DNA of 64,000 bases from Chrysemys picta bellii. Lineage: Eukaryota. A program made the position numbers and the translations under genes. Below, one piece after another: positions 22,798 through 35,725 of the stretch. Positions within the stretch are counted from its first letter, which is position 1. Each line of letters starts with the position of its first letter. The notes under the pieces are model-generated. The model was not told where the DNA came from. It did no database searches and worked only from the letters and a program-made list of their open reading frames with translations. Location of the stretch: assembly GCF_011386835.1 (NCBI RefSeq), contig NC_088797.1, positions 109,306,001-109,370,000 on the forward strand, given 5' to 3'.

Positions 22798-25700
22798 CTC
22801 AAAGAGGGCAGTGATGAGCGAATTTAGGATTTAAGCTGTCTGGGATGTAAAATTTTTAAAAAAATGTATTCACTTATTTAGATTTATAATTTATAATTTA
22901 AGCACCTATCCCTGCCTCATACCGCTTTTCATACATTTAAAAATATGCAGTACAATATATAAAAATGACAATATATAGACCATATATAATAGACTATCCA
23001 TACAAAACATGATAATTTATCCTCCGTATCAGTAAAACTAAAATAACCAACATATGGCAGCCCTTTCAACCCCCCTCCTCCCAGCACATCTGGAAAACTA
23101 ACGCATCTGGACTGGTGGACATATGAGGTACTCTATAACTGCTGCCACTGTATATGGGTAGATTTTAATCTTGACCACCCATGGGAAATTTATAGTAACA
23201 AGCACCCTGAACTAGACCTTTCTATCTGCTGTCACACAAGTGACGCTGACTGAGTGGCCCCGAGGCTACTTGTAATGATTAATAATTTTCATATTTTGGT
23301 GCTGCCTCATGAAAGGATTCTGAAAGCCTTAACACGGTGAATATACCCGCACATATATGCAAATAATCAGTATATGGCCATTAGCAGCTTTAAGAGTAAG
23401 ATTAAAAGATTTTTAATTAATTTTATGGATGAGCTATGCTGACCTTTGGCTATTTTATTGTATGGTGCCTTGAGGTACTTACATGGAAAGACACCATAAA
23501 TTGCATTGTATTGTGCCCCAGCTCTTGGTGATCAACTAGCTATTGCTATTTGAAACCCTGTCAAAGTAGTTTCAATAACAATATCATCTTCTTCACTTCA
23601 TCTGGCTTGAAGGCAGTGAAGGGAGCCTTGTTTTCAACTATATAGTCAAGCTTCTTGACTTGTCTGTCTAGAGCCAGGTGATATTGTAACTCGGACTGAG
23701 GTCTGTTAAGAGCTCACTTATTTCATACAGAAACTTAGGCCAGACTGGCGTGGTGATCCCAACCATGAAAAGGAGGTGCCTGTCTTTGTAGGTCCTAAGC
23801 CCACTTTCTTCACAGATAGACTCAGCCCCACACACAGAGTTAAATCCCACAGAGTTGCCATCCCATGCTCCCCTCAGTGTAGGAGTCTTGGCCACAACAG
23901 GCCGATACCTCACAGATTCCAGGCAATAGAACACAAGCCAACACATTCACATGAATGGCCTTCCCCTCTGCATCAGTCTCTAATGGCTACTATGAAAGAA
24001 CTACCCCCTTTCCAAGGTCAGATGAACTCAAGAGCTATGGCTGTAGCATTAGAAGTCTTCCAGGTTAGAAGAGGAGTATGCCATGTACAGCCTCCCCTTC
24101 TGTGAGCCACAGATCGCCTACAAAGAGATCTCCACAGGCTCCAGAGACATGTGGCAGGAGGAAGGGGATCCTTCAGCAGTGCTGCTTCTCCGAACCACTT
24201 CCACAAGTTTTATTCTATCCATTTAATGCTCCTTTCTCTGCTCTCTAATGGACAGGAGAGGGGAGCATTTAGATCTGAAGCAAGGTGCTGCCCAGTGACA
24301 GTATTTGCATATATTTCCTATAGGAAGCCCATGGATGGATGGTGAGTAGCAAATGGTTCCACATTCTAGCAGCCAGTATTCCTGAACATACAAAACATGA
24401 TGGATTAAAACCTTAGACTGTGACAGAATCGCAGAGAAAAGGCTGGACACATGTGGGTTCAAAGATTGATATGTTTGTTGTTTAAATTTGCTGAGTGACA
24501 ATTTTCAAAGAACACACACCCGCAAATATCTCTTTCTACAATACTTGGAAGAGTCAAAAGTGAAAACCTTTTCAATTTTTACAACCTTGCCTCTGTGGCA
24601 GGCTAAGTCATTTCGCCGACTTCCTGGGCAATTTGTCTGGGATCAGGCTATTTCCCCGAGCATCCAGAAAAATCAACATTTTTTTTATGTTCAGGAGGTT
24701 CGCAAACAGCATGAACAAAGGGCAACCTGGAAAAAAAATAAAGCATATTGCTAATGCTAGGCAAAGAAGCTGCAAAAACCAATTCAAACCAAGAGATGGC
24801 AAAAAAAAAATGTGTGTGCAATTTTCTCCCATACAGTTATTCACCACTCTGTATGTTTTTGTCTTATTCCTGAAAGCTATGGCACTTGTAGTTTCATTTC
24901 CCATTACCAAGAACTTGCTTGTGTTTCTTTTCAATCATAGGCCAATAGAAGGTTAATAAGTCCATTTGAGTAGATGTGGATATAATATGGATGTCACGGA
25001 GAAAAAAAAATAGACAAATCAAAAGCGAAAGGATTATGTTTACATTTTTAAAACATCTGTTAATTGATGTTTTATTGATGTACTGATCCAAAGTTCACCA
25101 TAGTCAATGAGAGTCATCTTTGGATCAGGCCTTAAAACTTTACATGAATTCAGTTTTAAGGACCTGAGCTCCTGATTCAAACAAAACTTAAATTGGCTTT
25201 GGTTGGGAGGTTTGCCTGAGTAAGGATTGCAACATCTATCCCTAAACTGTAAAATTCATAACACACTTTGGGTAGGGTTTCAAAGTCTAAGCAGTCTGAT
25301 ACTGACTTAAAATAAGGTATTTTACATGGCTTTAATGGCAAAACCTTTCCTCAATTTCACCCACAAATAACTCTGAACAACAAACTTAACTTTTCTAAAC
25401 AAAAATAATTTCATCATTTTGTGTGGCATTAACACCCTGCTATTTCTATATGTTATCTATATTTTTCTTGTTGACATTCAACCAATTCAGAGCTAAAAAT
25501 CCATCCGACACTTTTTCTGCGGGTCATAAATCATAAAAAAGGTTATATTTTATGAAAGCTGAAGCTGAGAAGTAAACAGCATATTTGTATCAAAAGAGTT
25601 TCATCTATTAAGCAGCAATGACAGGGCCCTCTGGGCCAAAATCTAGTTTTCTTACTTAAAAAGCTTAGTTCTTTTGTAGACTCCTGCAGGGACCTATAAC

Positions 25701-26169
25701 AGTTGGAATTGGGTTTTTTATGCCTTTGAGGCCTCCAAATGAATGTTACGGTTTTCCATTATTTTCTTTTTCTTTTGAGAAAACTAGGCTACCTGCTTAT
25801 TGCCTAAAACCTACACCCTGTGATTGTTCTGTTGTAAAATCTATCTTCTACCCTTTAGTCTCACATTTTATCAGTACCCTCAAAATTTCCTTTCCATTCC
25901 TCTCTGCATAAGAGGATTATTATACATTAGAAAATAAATGCAACATGCAATTTCAGATGCTGTATTTCAAATTAACTTTATAGTTTGCCTAGCAGCCAGA
26001 GATCTATAATTGCCTTTATCAGGCCATGCTCCTGCAACAATGTAAGTATATGTTTAACGTTGTACATTGTGAGTATCTGTCCAGCTACCCAGATACATAT
26101 GCATCCCACATCACCATAGTATCCTTCCATTACTTAGAGATAACTATGTAGAAAAAGTTGTTAGGATGC

Positions 26170-26385
26170 TTGCTTAGGACTCAAGAGACCTGGCTCTAAT
26201 TCCCTCCTCTCTCACAAACTCCCTGTGTGACTGTTGGCAACTGACATAATCTCTTCCTGTCTTAATTCCTCATCTGTAAACTAGGGATGACAATACTTCC
26301 TTATGGCATGGGATATTGTGAGAATAAATACATTAAAGCTTGTGAGATACTCTGATACTATGGCAACAGAGGCCATATCAGTACC
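26170..26385 (+). mobile_element. CORE-SINE (MIR-like)
   Basis: TGTGTGACTGTTGGCAA...TTCCTCATCTGTAAACTAGGGATGACAATAC core, followed by a MIR-like tail. Confidence 0.65.
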
Positions 26386-26388
26386 TAA

Positions 26389-26867
26389 GGGCACGTCTAC
26401 ACTGCACACTCCTTTCAGTGGCATGTAGCGTACATACACTATATGCCCCCTTAGCATGGATATAAATAGCAGTGTAGATGGTGGGGCATGGTTTAGATGA
26501 GTAAAGACATGCCTGAACCCTACATGGCTCTCTACTCCCCAAGCGGTGACTCCCATCTACACTGCTAATTTTAGCAGTATCGTGTTCCGCAGTTGCCTCC
26601 CGTTGCTGGGCCCTTTCTCCACCACAGGGAGCTGCCAGTCTTCCCCCACCCCAGTGAAAGATTCCAGCAGGGAGGAAAGGGTCTGGCAGCATGAGGCAGT
26701 ACGGTACAGCTCCAGCAGCTCCCCGCTGCCACGACTTTCCCCCGCCTCAGCATTTCACTCATGTGTAACTATACACTGCAGTGAGGACACAGACCGCTTC
26801 TCACAGTGGCATGTAGCTACACATACCCTACATATCGCCGCAAATGCTGTGCTGTGTAGACTCAACC
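26389..26867. mobile_element. Harbinger-type MITE (479 bp)
   Basis: TIRs GGGCACGTCTACAC / GTGTAGACTCAACC with a TAA TSD on both sides (26386-26388, 26868-26870). CAGTGGCATGTAGC appears twice internally. Confidence 0.85.
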
Positions 26868-27290
26868 TAAGATATTCCCATTGATTTCAAAGAGGCTACT
26901 CCCTCTGCACAAATTTAAGCCTGTGCTTAAGTCTTTGCAGGATCAGTACATTAATGAATTGCCTTTACCCTGTTTTACCTAGCAAAAAATCTCTAAACTT
27001 AATCGGCCAGATTCCTCCTTGATGTAACTCCATAGATTTCAGTCACATTGCACCAGGAATTAATTTGGCAAAATACCTACAACAAGTCTTCTCTGGTTCC
27101 TGTAAGTATGAGAGCAGTTCAAATTCTCTGGAGCATTTTGAAAGGTATTGTATAAGTAAAATCAAGGCATCAGTCTGAATTTTGCTTTTTAAATCTCTGT
27201 CTGCTATTAAAATGTTAGTACTAGTGCATCTTAAGCTATTAAAAGATGATGGACCTGCTCCTGTCTCAATGATGTAATTTTCAGCTGTGA

Positions 27291-27310
27291 ATATATATAT
27301 ATATATATAT
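27291..27310. repeat. (AT)10 microsatellite
   Basis: Read directly from the sequence. Confidence 0.95.
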
Positions 27311-27699
27311 TATACTATGATTACATCACAAGTATGGGTTCAGAGTCAGTAAATTCACCACCTCTAAACTAGTGGAATAATCACTAACAATTAACAAAAT
27401 GATATATCCAAGTCACAGTAATCTTTTTACCCACTTCGAACATATATTTGTTCTTTTGATGTCTTGTGTGAATAGGAGTGCTTTATCTGACTGATGATGG
27501 GCTAAACAATGGTTCAGAGTTGTAATATAGAACTCAATTTGCTGGAACTATCATCTAAAAGGCCTGGACAATTTATTGAACACTGCAGATGAAAGAAAGA
27601 GGGGGAAAATTTAAAAACTGACCACTTCTAAAATGAAGAAAATAGAGCAGTAAAGGGTATTGTAATATACTTTAATCTTCCTTAATGTAGGAAAATATG

Positions 27700-28560
27700 A
27701 AATGCCATTAAAGCTTCCTTTGAAATGGATGTGTCCATATTGCTTGAGCACCAAAATCTAGTTAATGAATCTATTGTTAAGGCAAATAAACAGGAAAGCA
27801 GCAAAGAAGGAGTGATGTATGTATTCTACTGCCTAATTCAGAAGATGAAAGGGGAGAAAAATTAAAGTTAAATTCATATAAATATTAGAGCCAAGGAGAA
27901 TAGTTGCAGGTGTAAAAAGGGGGGGGATACGGGAAGCGTGAATTTTCATTCAATCTGGGAGTCAGAACAGGGAGACATTTTTTGTACAAGAGCAAAGTCA
28001 GGCAAGATGAAAGCTTTTCAAGGGGCATGGTAATTAACATTTTAAAAGGTTTTAGCAATAAAATAATGGTTCCACAATAACAGCAATTTAACCATTTTAT
28101 TTGAGAAATTAAACTGATTGCAAGTGTTCATTTGTTAGAAGTGGCATTTACTGCATTTGTAAGAAGTTATCAAATCATGTTTCCATTTTAATAGTTTTTT
28201 TATATGTATTCAACATGCAAAAAAGAAAAATGAATGTTGCTGTGATTTATCTGAAATGTTCTGTGAAACAATGCCTGGTGCAGCATCTTTAATGCACAAA
28301 CCTATTTTAAAGGATTGTTTGTTACCCAACAAGGCACTGCTAATAAATCTCAGATGGGAGTCATACAAGTATCTAAACAGATAGCTAGGCAGATAGATAG
28401 AATAGGGTAATAGGGTAATAATAAGACAGGCTGTTTTTTATATATTGTGTTATTAGTATTTAGCAGACTGACTGGTAAACTTTTCCAGAAAGCGAAAGAT
28501 AGGTATCAAGTTAACAGTAAGGGAGTGCTAGACAAATGTGATGACGTAATGTTAGAATGG
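27700..28560. promoter_or_regulatory. Putative conserved non-coding element / enhancer block
   Basis: No recognisable repeat. AT-rich but complex sequence with many TAAT/ATTA and TGAT/TGAC motifs. Conservation was not tested. Confidence 0.35.
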
Positions 28561-28642
28561 GCGTGAGGGACTATGCTAATGTCTGTGTTAAGCCCCTGAG
28601 CAGATCCAGATGTTTCCAGAAACCTGAACAGATTTATGCCAA

Positions 28643-28924
28643 GTCCTGGTCTTCACCTAAAACTTAGGTCAAAAATTCACACCCCCAAGAGTGCGAATTG
28701 TGAGAGTGTTAGGTCCGTTAAGCTGACCTAACCTCCAGTATAAATGATTCTAGGTTGATGGAAGAATTCTTCCGTTGACCTAGCTACTGCCTCTCAAGGG
28801 GTTGGATTAACTAATACAACAACAACAAAAACCCTTCTATCGCTGTAGCAAGTGTTTACTTTATGACACTGCAGTGGCACAGCTGCAGCACCCTCGCCAT
28901 AGCATCTGTAGTGGAGACATACCC
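28643..28924 (-). mobile_element. Harbinger-type MITE, same family as 877-1121
   Basis: Termini GTCCTGGTCTTCAC / GTAGTGGAGACATACCC. The interior GGAAGAATTCTTCCGTTGACCTAGCTAC...GGATTAACTA is the reverse complement of the 877 copy. Confidence 0.7.
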
Positions 28925-31914
28925 TGAGTTTAGTGCAACTTTGTGGGTTCCCAACCTGGGGATTGCAACCCCCGAGGGTGAAACAGGTCCCAAAACTGTT
29001 TTTGGCTGTAACACAGGGATGGTATGGAAAGGGTTGAGAATTGCTGTGCTAGTTCAATTGATAAAAGTGTGGCAGTTTCTAGGCTGACTAGCCTGTCTGT
29101 TGTGTGCTTACTGACTATTACGGAAAGAAACAAATATGGTTTTTGCCTGCCACCGTATGTTTTCCTTAAGTCTTTGGTGATGAAACTTTTCATAGATACT
29201 GTTGATATGAAGTTATCACAGAGAAATATTGAACAGGAATTTACACATTAGTGGCTAGGTTTCCGCTCCCATTGAGGCCAACAGCAAAACTCGAGTTGAG
29301 CTCAATGGGTTTATTTTATAACAGACCTCAACAAGCTGTTACAAAATATACAGTATGGGTCCAGTCCTGTGCCAGTTGAACACTGAACAAAGAGGGACTG
29401 ATAGGTCCTTCCTCTATGCATCCCTTGCAATAATTAAATCAGAGCATGGATAAAGTGAACAAATCATATATCATCTCAGCCAGACTATCCATTTAATTGT
29501 CTAAATGTAATTTACATGACAGATCTACTACAGTATATGGTATGTTCATGTCTAATGAATTTGTATTTCCAGCCCATATATTTTAACTTTGTGATTGCAT
29601 TACTGATTTTGTTGAGAGTCCACAAGCCAACTGACCATCTATGAGATAGTGCTAATGCACTGTTCTGCTTTCTACATCTAGCCAAATCAGAATGGAAGAC
29701 AAGATTAGATCTTGTAGCTGACAGTGGAATGTGTTCTTTTTGCCTTTTCAATGTGCACTGCTCAAAATTGAGCTATTTCAATTTTCCTTTTAAAACCGTC
29801 AGCTTTAACTCTCAGAGGTGGGAACTGTGGCGCAGGAAGCTGCACCGTAGCAGATGTGTGTGTGAAAGTTGCTGCTTGGGTGTGGACAGAAATAGGATTT
29901 CCAGAAATGAACTGTTATTTTGTGAGGCACTAACGCAGAAATGTACAATGGGGAAATGGGAGCTTAAACTCTGCTTCTCACATAGAACTGAACTGGCTGT
30001 TTTGAAAAAAAAATAAATTTGAAAACAAGTAATTTTCCTTTGGTGATTGTTGAATTTATGTTTAATTTATATTGACAGTTTTTGCTTTGGTTTGGCAAGT
30101 AGAGTTTGTGGGCTGAATTCATCCTAGGTGTCACACTGTGCCTATCTATCTATCATGGCGTGACACCTGGGATGAATTTGCTCCCATATGACCACTTTTG
30201 TTACCTTTATAGTTTAAAAATACTCAAAAGATTTATGTAATCTCTTAAAAAAAAAAGATGTATTTTAATAGCGGAAGGCTAAAGGTTAGGTCCACTGAAT
30301 GGCTAAAAAAGTTTTGGCAAAGGTTATCAGAACTCATCCTACTGCATAACTAATGACCTCTACAAGTCCATCCAGACTTCTGGTGGCCCTTCACCCTAAT
30401 CTTAAACACCCAATGGGCTAACTGAAAACTCCAAAAGAGAATTAATTTCTCTTCTATTAACCGACCTTTAGAGTCTGTCAGGGATTATGTGTACTAACAA
30501 GATTTTTAATCTATGAAACTAAAGGTTAAAAAATCTGCAGTCTTCCCTTTCTGTCCAAAATGACTGCAATTTTAAAAATCCAATCATGCTAGGTATGCCA
30601 TTTTAAATGCAACCACATATTGAAATTAGTAAAACAGTAGAGGGAGATATTTTAATAATGCAAAACCTTGAGAAAAATATCTCTATACCAAAATTTTACC
30701 CATATGATATGGAAAATGAATGCATTTTGTTGGATATTGGCATCAAAATGTTTGCTATCCAATTTGGGTTTTTTGCTTGTTTGTTTTTTTGTTTTGGTCA
30801 GGTTTTCCCAAAACAAGGTATCTTTGTGCTACCTATAGAAGGAGAGCAAAGCTCTGTTCCCTCTAAACAGCTCTTTGCTAGTAATGTAGCAACACTGGAG
30901 GGATGAGGGGACATAATCTAACCTCCTAAATGACATAGGGCCCTAGCTAATGCTGTGAAGTCAACAGGAGACTTTCCAGTGACTTAAGTGAGTGCCGGAT
31001 CAGGTCCCTAATTTTCGTCTTTTTTTTTTTTTGCTAACTATTAACACTTTGATAAGTGACATTTCATGTGACAGCCCTGCTATTATACATTTAGCACTTA
31101 TTCCCTGCTTTGCAGCCCAGCACTCTCCTAATTTTTTTCGTTAGCTTTCTAATTCTCCTCTTCACCCCAATTCAGTTGCAAACTTCAATTATCTCTAGTT
31201 AAAAACTGTGAGAGCAGTGAGTAGCACCTGGCTTGAGTGCAGGCTATAAAACATCTGCTAGCACAAACTGCAAACCTGAGGAAAATTCAAATACCTAGGC
31301 TTGCTTTGTTGTGTTTTGTTTGTTTTGTTTTTGCAGGTATCTTAACCTTTTCATCATTTTTATCACAGTTCCAGAGGTGACAGATGCTTTTGGTCCATGT
31401 CAACAACAATTTATTTACCCTAGGATGTATATATTTTTCTAATTTCACTTTTAACTTTAGCCCAGTGCCGGGTTCTGAATTTAATAACTAAGTTCCATAC
31501 CGACAACATGATTGTGACTTGAAGGTGTGGCACTCAAGACCTGACAAAAACTCTGCTATGAACGGTTAGAGGTGTCCTCCCAGCCACCTCACGCAACACT
31601 AAACATGGAAGTTAGATCACTCTATGCTTTTAGAAGCACAATCTTTTAAATAAAATTGCAAGATGGTGAATATAGTGCAGCCTAAAACAAAAGCCTTAGT
31701 GATCTTTGGCAGATTACTTGCGGGAAGTATGGCCCATTTCAGAAAATCAAAGCAAAGAAAAACATTGACTACAATTCAGAGGCCTAATGTATTATTATGG
31801 CTTTTTATGGATTTTATATATAATTTCCTGTAAAAGTTAAGAGGTTGAAGTGATCTCTTACATTCGGCTGCATTATCAGCATAGCACCAAACAATTTTCC
31901 ACATCTTATTATGT

Positions 31915-32166
31915 NNNNNNNNNNNNNNNNNNNNNNNNNNNNNNNNNNNNNNNNNNNNNNNNNNNNNNNNNNNNNNNNNNNNNNNNNNNNNNNNNNNNNN
32001 NNNNNNNNNNNNNNNNNNNNNNNNNNNNNNNNNNNNNNNNNNNNNNNNNNNNNNNNNNNNNNNNNNNNNNNNNNNNNNNNNNNNNNNNNNNNNNNNNNNN
32101 NNNNNNNNNNNNNNNNNNNNNNNNNNNNNNNNNNNNNNNNNNNNNNNNNNNNNNNNNNNNNNNNNN
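31915..32166. other. Assembly gap (252 N)
   Basis: Run of N. Confidence 1.
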
Positions 32167-33163
32167 AGTTCTTTAGGGAACATTTAATTTTCTGTGGCTT
32201 CAGTACTAACAGAACTTGTACCATAAAGGCCACAGATGCTTTGAACACTGTACAAATTTTCACATTTTATGCCAAGATGCTGGTTAATTGTACAGATGAG
32301 ACAATTACAGCAAGGCAAAAGATAAAGTTCCTGTATATTGAAAGTGAATGAAAGAACTTTGACCTCAGAAGAACACTGCTGTTTGGTAAGGACTATATTT
32401 TATCCTCACATATTGTTTGTGGACACAATTCCCACTGAACTTTGCATATGAAGGCAAAAGGTGGCCCTAAGTTTTCACTTCAAAAATAAACAATTTTTCA
32501 CAGCTCCAAGACCTCTGATTTATCCCAGTAACCTTTTAGGTAAAAAGGAGATGCTAGCCTACATGTCTGACTGTTCTTCATAGTAATTTCCTAATCTTTT
32601 GATCATCGCTGTTAAGTAAAAGAGTATTGCAATGAGACGAGCGAAGGTTTCGGAGGTCAGTCAGCGATTCCGTATGTATTTCATATTTACAGTCTGTGCT
32701 GAAGATACAGATGCTCTGAATCCTCCCAGCCTGCCCTATTAACAAAATCATCCTGAGAATTTGAAATTGATTTGAATATTAAATACAGATCACTGCAGCA
32801 GAGCTCTTTTACAAGAAATAATGTGAATGCATTCTCATTGATTAGTTAATTTATGTTCTACAACTAATCGAAACACAAATCTCATTAGCCACAGGTCAGT
32901 AGGCTGAGGGGTTGGGGGGTGGGGTGGGAGAAAATCATTTGGATAGCCCAGTTAGCTGTAAAGATATCATTATAAAACAAATTATTCTAAAAGCCACTGC
33001 CTTGATCAGCATGTACAGTCCTTTAGAAATGCAGTGTCAAAAAGCCACTCCTGTGCTATATATTATCTATAATATTAGTCTTAAATATGTTTTCACTAGC
33101 ATGGTTTCATGCACTCATATATACAAATTGCTGTCGTTACCCTACTACCTGAGGGTGTATGCG

Positions 33164-33184
33164 CACACACACACACACACACAC
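33164..33184. repeat. (CA)10 microsatellite
   Basis: Read directly from the sequence. Confidence 0.9.
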
Positions 33185-33954
33185 TTTGTTTTATTTCCCC
33201 AAAATATTTACGGAGCATATAAGCAGTTTTAAACAACCATCATCAATGTTAATTGACTGTGCCTGCCTTATAATTTTATATAATAATAAAAATTTCATTT
33301 ATCGCCCCCACCCTTCCGTTTTCCTCATATGTTTCCACAACTTGCAATAAAATACACGATTTTTAAACCATTGTTATGACATCACCAGTTCAAAGATTTA
33401 TTGCCTATAATTTTGGGTTATCCTTTCAAATCTAATTTCCCATGATTTTGCTGCTATTATTTATATATCTGCACAGCACCCTAGGCTTACATGGTGTTTT
33501 CCAGACAAATAAATGACACAGGCGTATGAATATGGGAGCTCGTATACTAGAAGCTTTCAGACAAGTGGGCTAGACCGTGATTCATTGCTGACAACTGTTT
33601 GATAAATTAGCATTTGACAACTATATTTTACTAGAAATTATTTGTTAATTAAATGAATTTTTTTCTACCTGCTATGTAGGTTTTTCCATTTATATTAAAT
33701 TTTATGGAAGTTGAACTAAAAGTCCGTATGTTGCACTAAAATTTTACTCTGAAGTTTTAATAATAAAGTTTCAGAAAACCGAATTATTATTCCAGGTAGA
33801 TTTTTTCATCTATTTGCAATAAGCTATGTACGGTAATTGCTTTATGCTATGTTAAATGCTTAAAATAGGATTCTGTATGGATTGATAATAATGAAAACTT
33901 TAGCATTGCAAAGCACTGCCAAACATTAAAACTCCAAAAATCCATGAGAGAGAG

Positions 33955-34105
33955 GCAAATATTTCCTCAATTTTTACAGCTGGGGAAACTGAGGCACCTA
34001 TATGGTAAGTGGCTTCCCCAAGGCCACATAGCAAGTCAGTGGCAGCACAAGGGTTAGAACTCAGGAGTTGCCATATCCCAATACTTGTGCTCAGTATACT
34101 AGATA
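33955..34105 (-). mobile_element. CORE-SINE (MIR-like)
   Basis: TTTTACAGCTGGGGAAACTGAGGCAC...AAGTGGCTTCCCCAAGGCCACATAG is a reverse-complemented MIR core. Confidence 0.75.
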
Positions 34106-35589
34106 AAATTTGCATAGGTATTGACTAAAACATACAAAATCCAAGAAATTCATCTAGGACATCTCATGCCATCATTAGCCCTATCCATTGTGTCATGGTA
34201 ATGTAGCAAATATGGTACTGTTTCCAGATAACTAAACCACCTGATGTGAATCAGGCCCCACAGACATGCACGTTGAGGGTACCCTTTGGGCAGATGTCCC
34301 CCAACTCACTCAGAAGGGGTTATAAGCCATCTCCATAGCAATATTTCCCACAGAGTTCTCTTTGCTGGTCCAGGGACCCACATGGGGGAAAGGGCAGGGA
34401 CTGGAAGAGAAGCTGGCAGGTCAGGAGTAGGAGTGGGGTAAAACCATTGTCCCCTGCTATGGCCCCATTAACGTAGCCTGCAGATATATTGTCTTTTCCA
34501 TGACACACATCCCTTCCTCAGCAAAAGTCTTCCTTTAGGGAGAGAGTCTGTTGGGTGTCAGAGATATTGGAGATGCTATGGCCACACGTAGATGGTCTTC
34601 CGCTGTTCCCTGAGATTTACACTCTTTAGGAACCAGCCCCAAGGCTCATCCTGGAAGGAGGCAATCCCTCTCTTATTCACCCCAAAGGAATAATATGGAG
34701 ACTCTCTCTGAGGGTTTTACCATGGTAGTGACAATCTAGAGACTAGAGAAGGGGTGGGCGAGTTACAAAGTGGGGCTGGCCCTGGGTGCAACGTTGGTTG
34801 CACCCCCACAATACGTCTACCAGCACAGCTGAGCCAGTGTGCCAGGTGAAATAGTCCGTGCTAGGTAAAGGGCTGGGGTAAATGAGTCTCCTTACCATAA
34901 GACAAAGGGGAAACTAAGAACTGTGTTTAACTGTGTCTCAGACTGTGGCTTTCTGAGACATAATCTTATTCTGGATTGCTTCTGGGGCAGCACATCTGCA
35001 CACTATCCCTTGTTCAGGACTTAGAGCAAAGCCCTTAAAACAATACAATCTAGATCTATAATCATGTTATATGTTATGGCCGGCACATGTATGTAACATA
35101 TTAACTGCCTTTGTTACACAACAAGGAAAGATAGGATAGATCAGTGATAAAAGATCAGATAAGATCCAGTTCACTTTCAGACAATAAAACGGGGCTTTCT
35201 ACAAATACAGAAGCTATATAAAACCTGTTCCTCTTTACGATAGATGGGGACCTATCTACACAACTCTTATGTCATCATTATGGTATTTGGGATGGGAACA
35301 AAGAAAAAAAATACATGAAATATAATTAAACATTCTTGTTATGTGGGTTTAATATTAAGGTAATTAGTCTGTGTGCTTGTGTGTCTTTATTTTATTTTTC
35401 TGCTGCCTTTTTAAAATATGTCACAGATATCAAATCAGATATGGTTACAATGGAATATTTCTTCTTAGAATTGCGGGAAACATTTATTTAGGTGTGTCAA
35501 GGTTCATCAAGCCTCGATACTTCCCAAAGCAGCATAGGGGAGATTTAAGAGAGGCCATGCAGGTCTCAGAAGCTCTCTGCTCTAATAGC

Positions 35590-35725
35590 AGTTAGAGCAA
35601 AAGCCTGAAAACTAAGAGGTTGATATGTTTTATTCTCAATTAATTCAGTGACTCATTGTGTGACCTTTGGGAAGTCACTTGACCTCTTTCTGCATCCCTC
35701 TACCCACATGAAAACGCAATTAATA
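35590..35725 (+). mobile_element. CORE-SINE (MIR-like)
   Basis: GTGTGACCTTTGGGAAGTCACTTGACCTCT core. Confidence 0.6.

Noticed and set aside
23668-24206. Cluster of overlapping 62-109 aa ORFs
   Set aside because: Probably a decayed LINE (L2/RTE-like) fragment, but I could not align motifs well enough to annotate it.
31776-32351. ORFs of 108-149 aa in the ORF track
   Set aside because: Artefacts of translating through the N gap.
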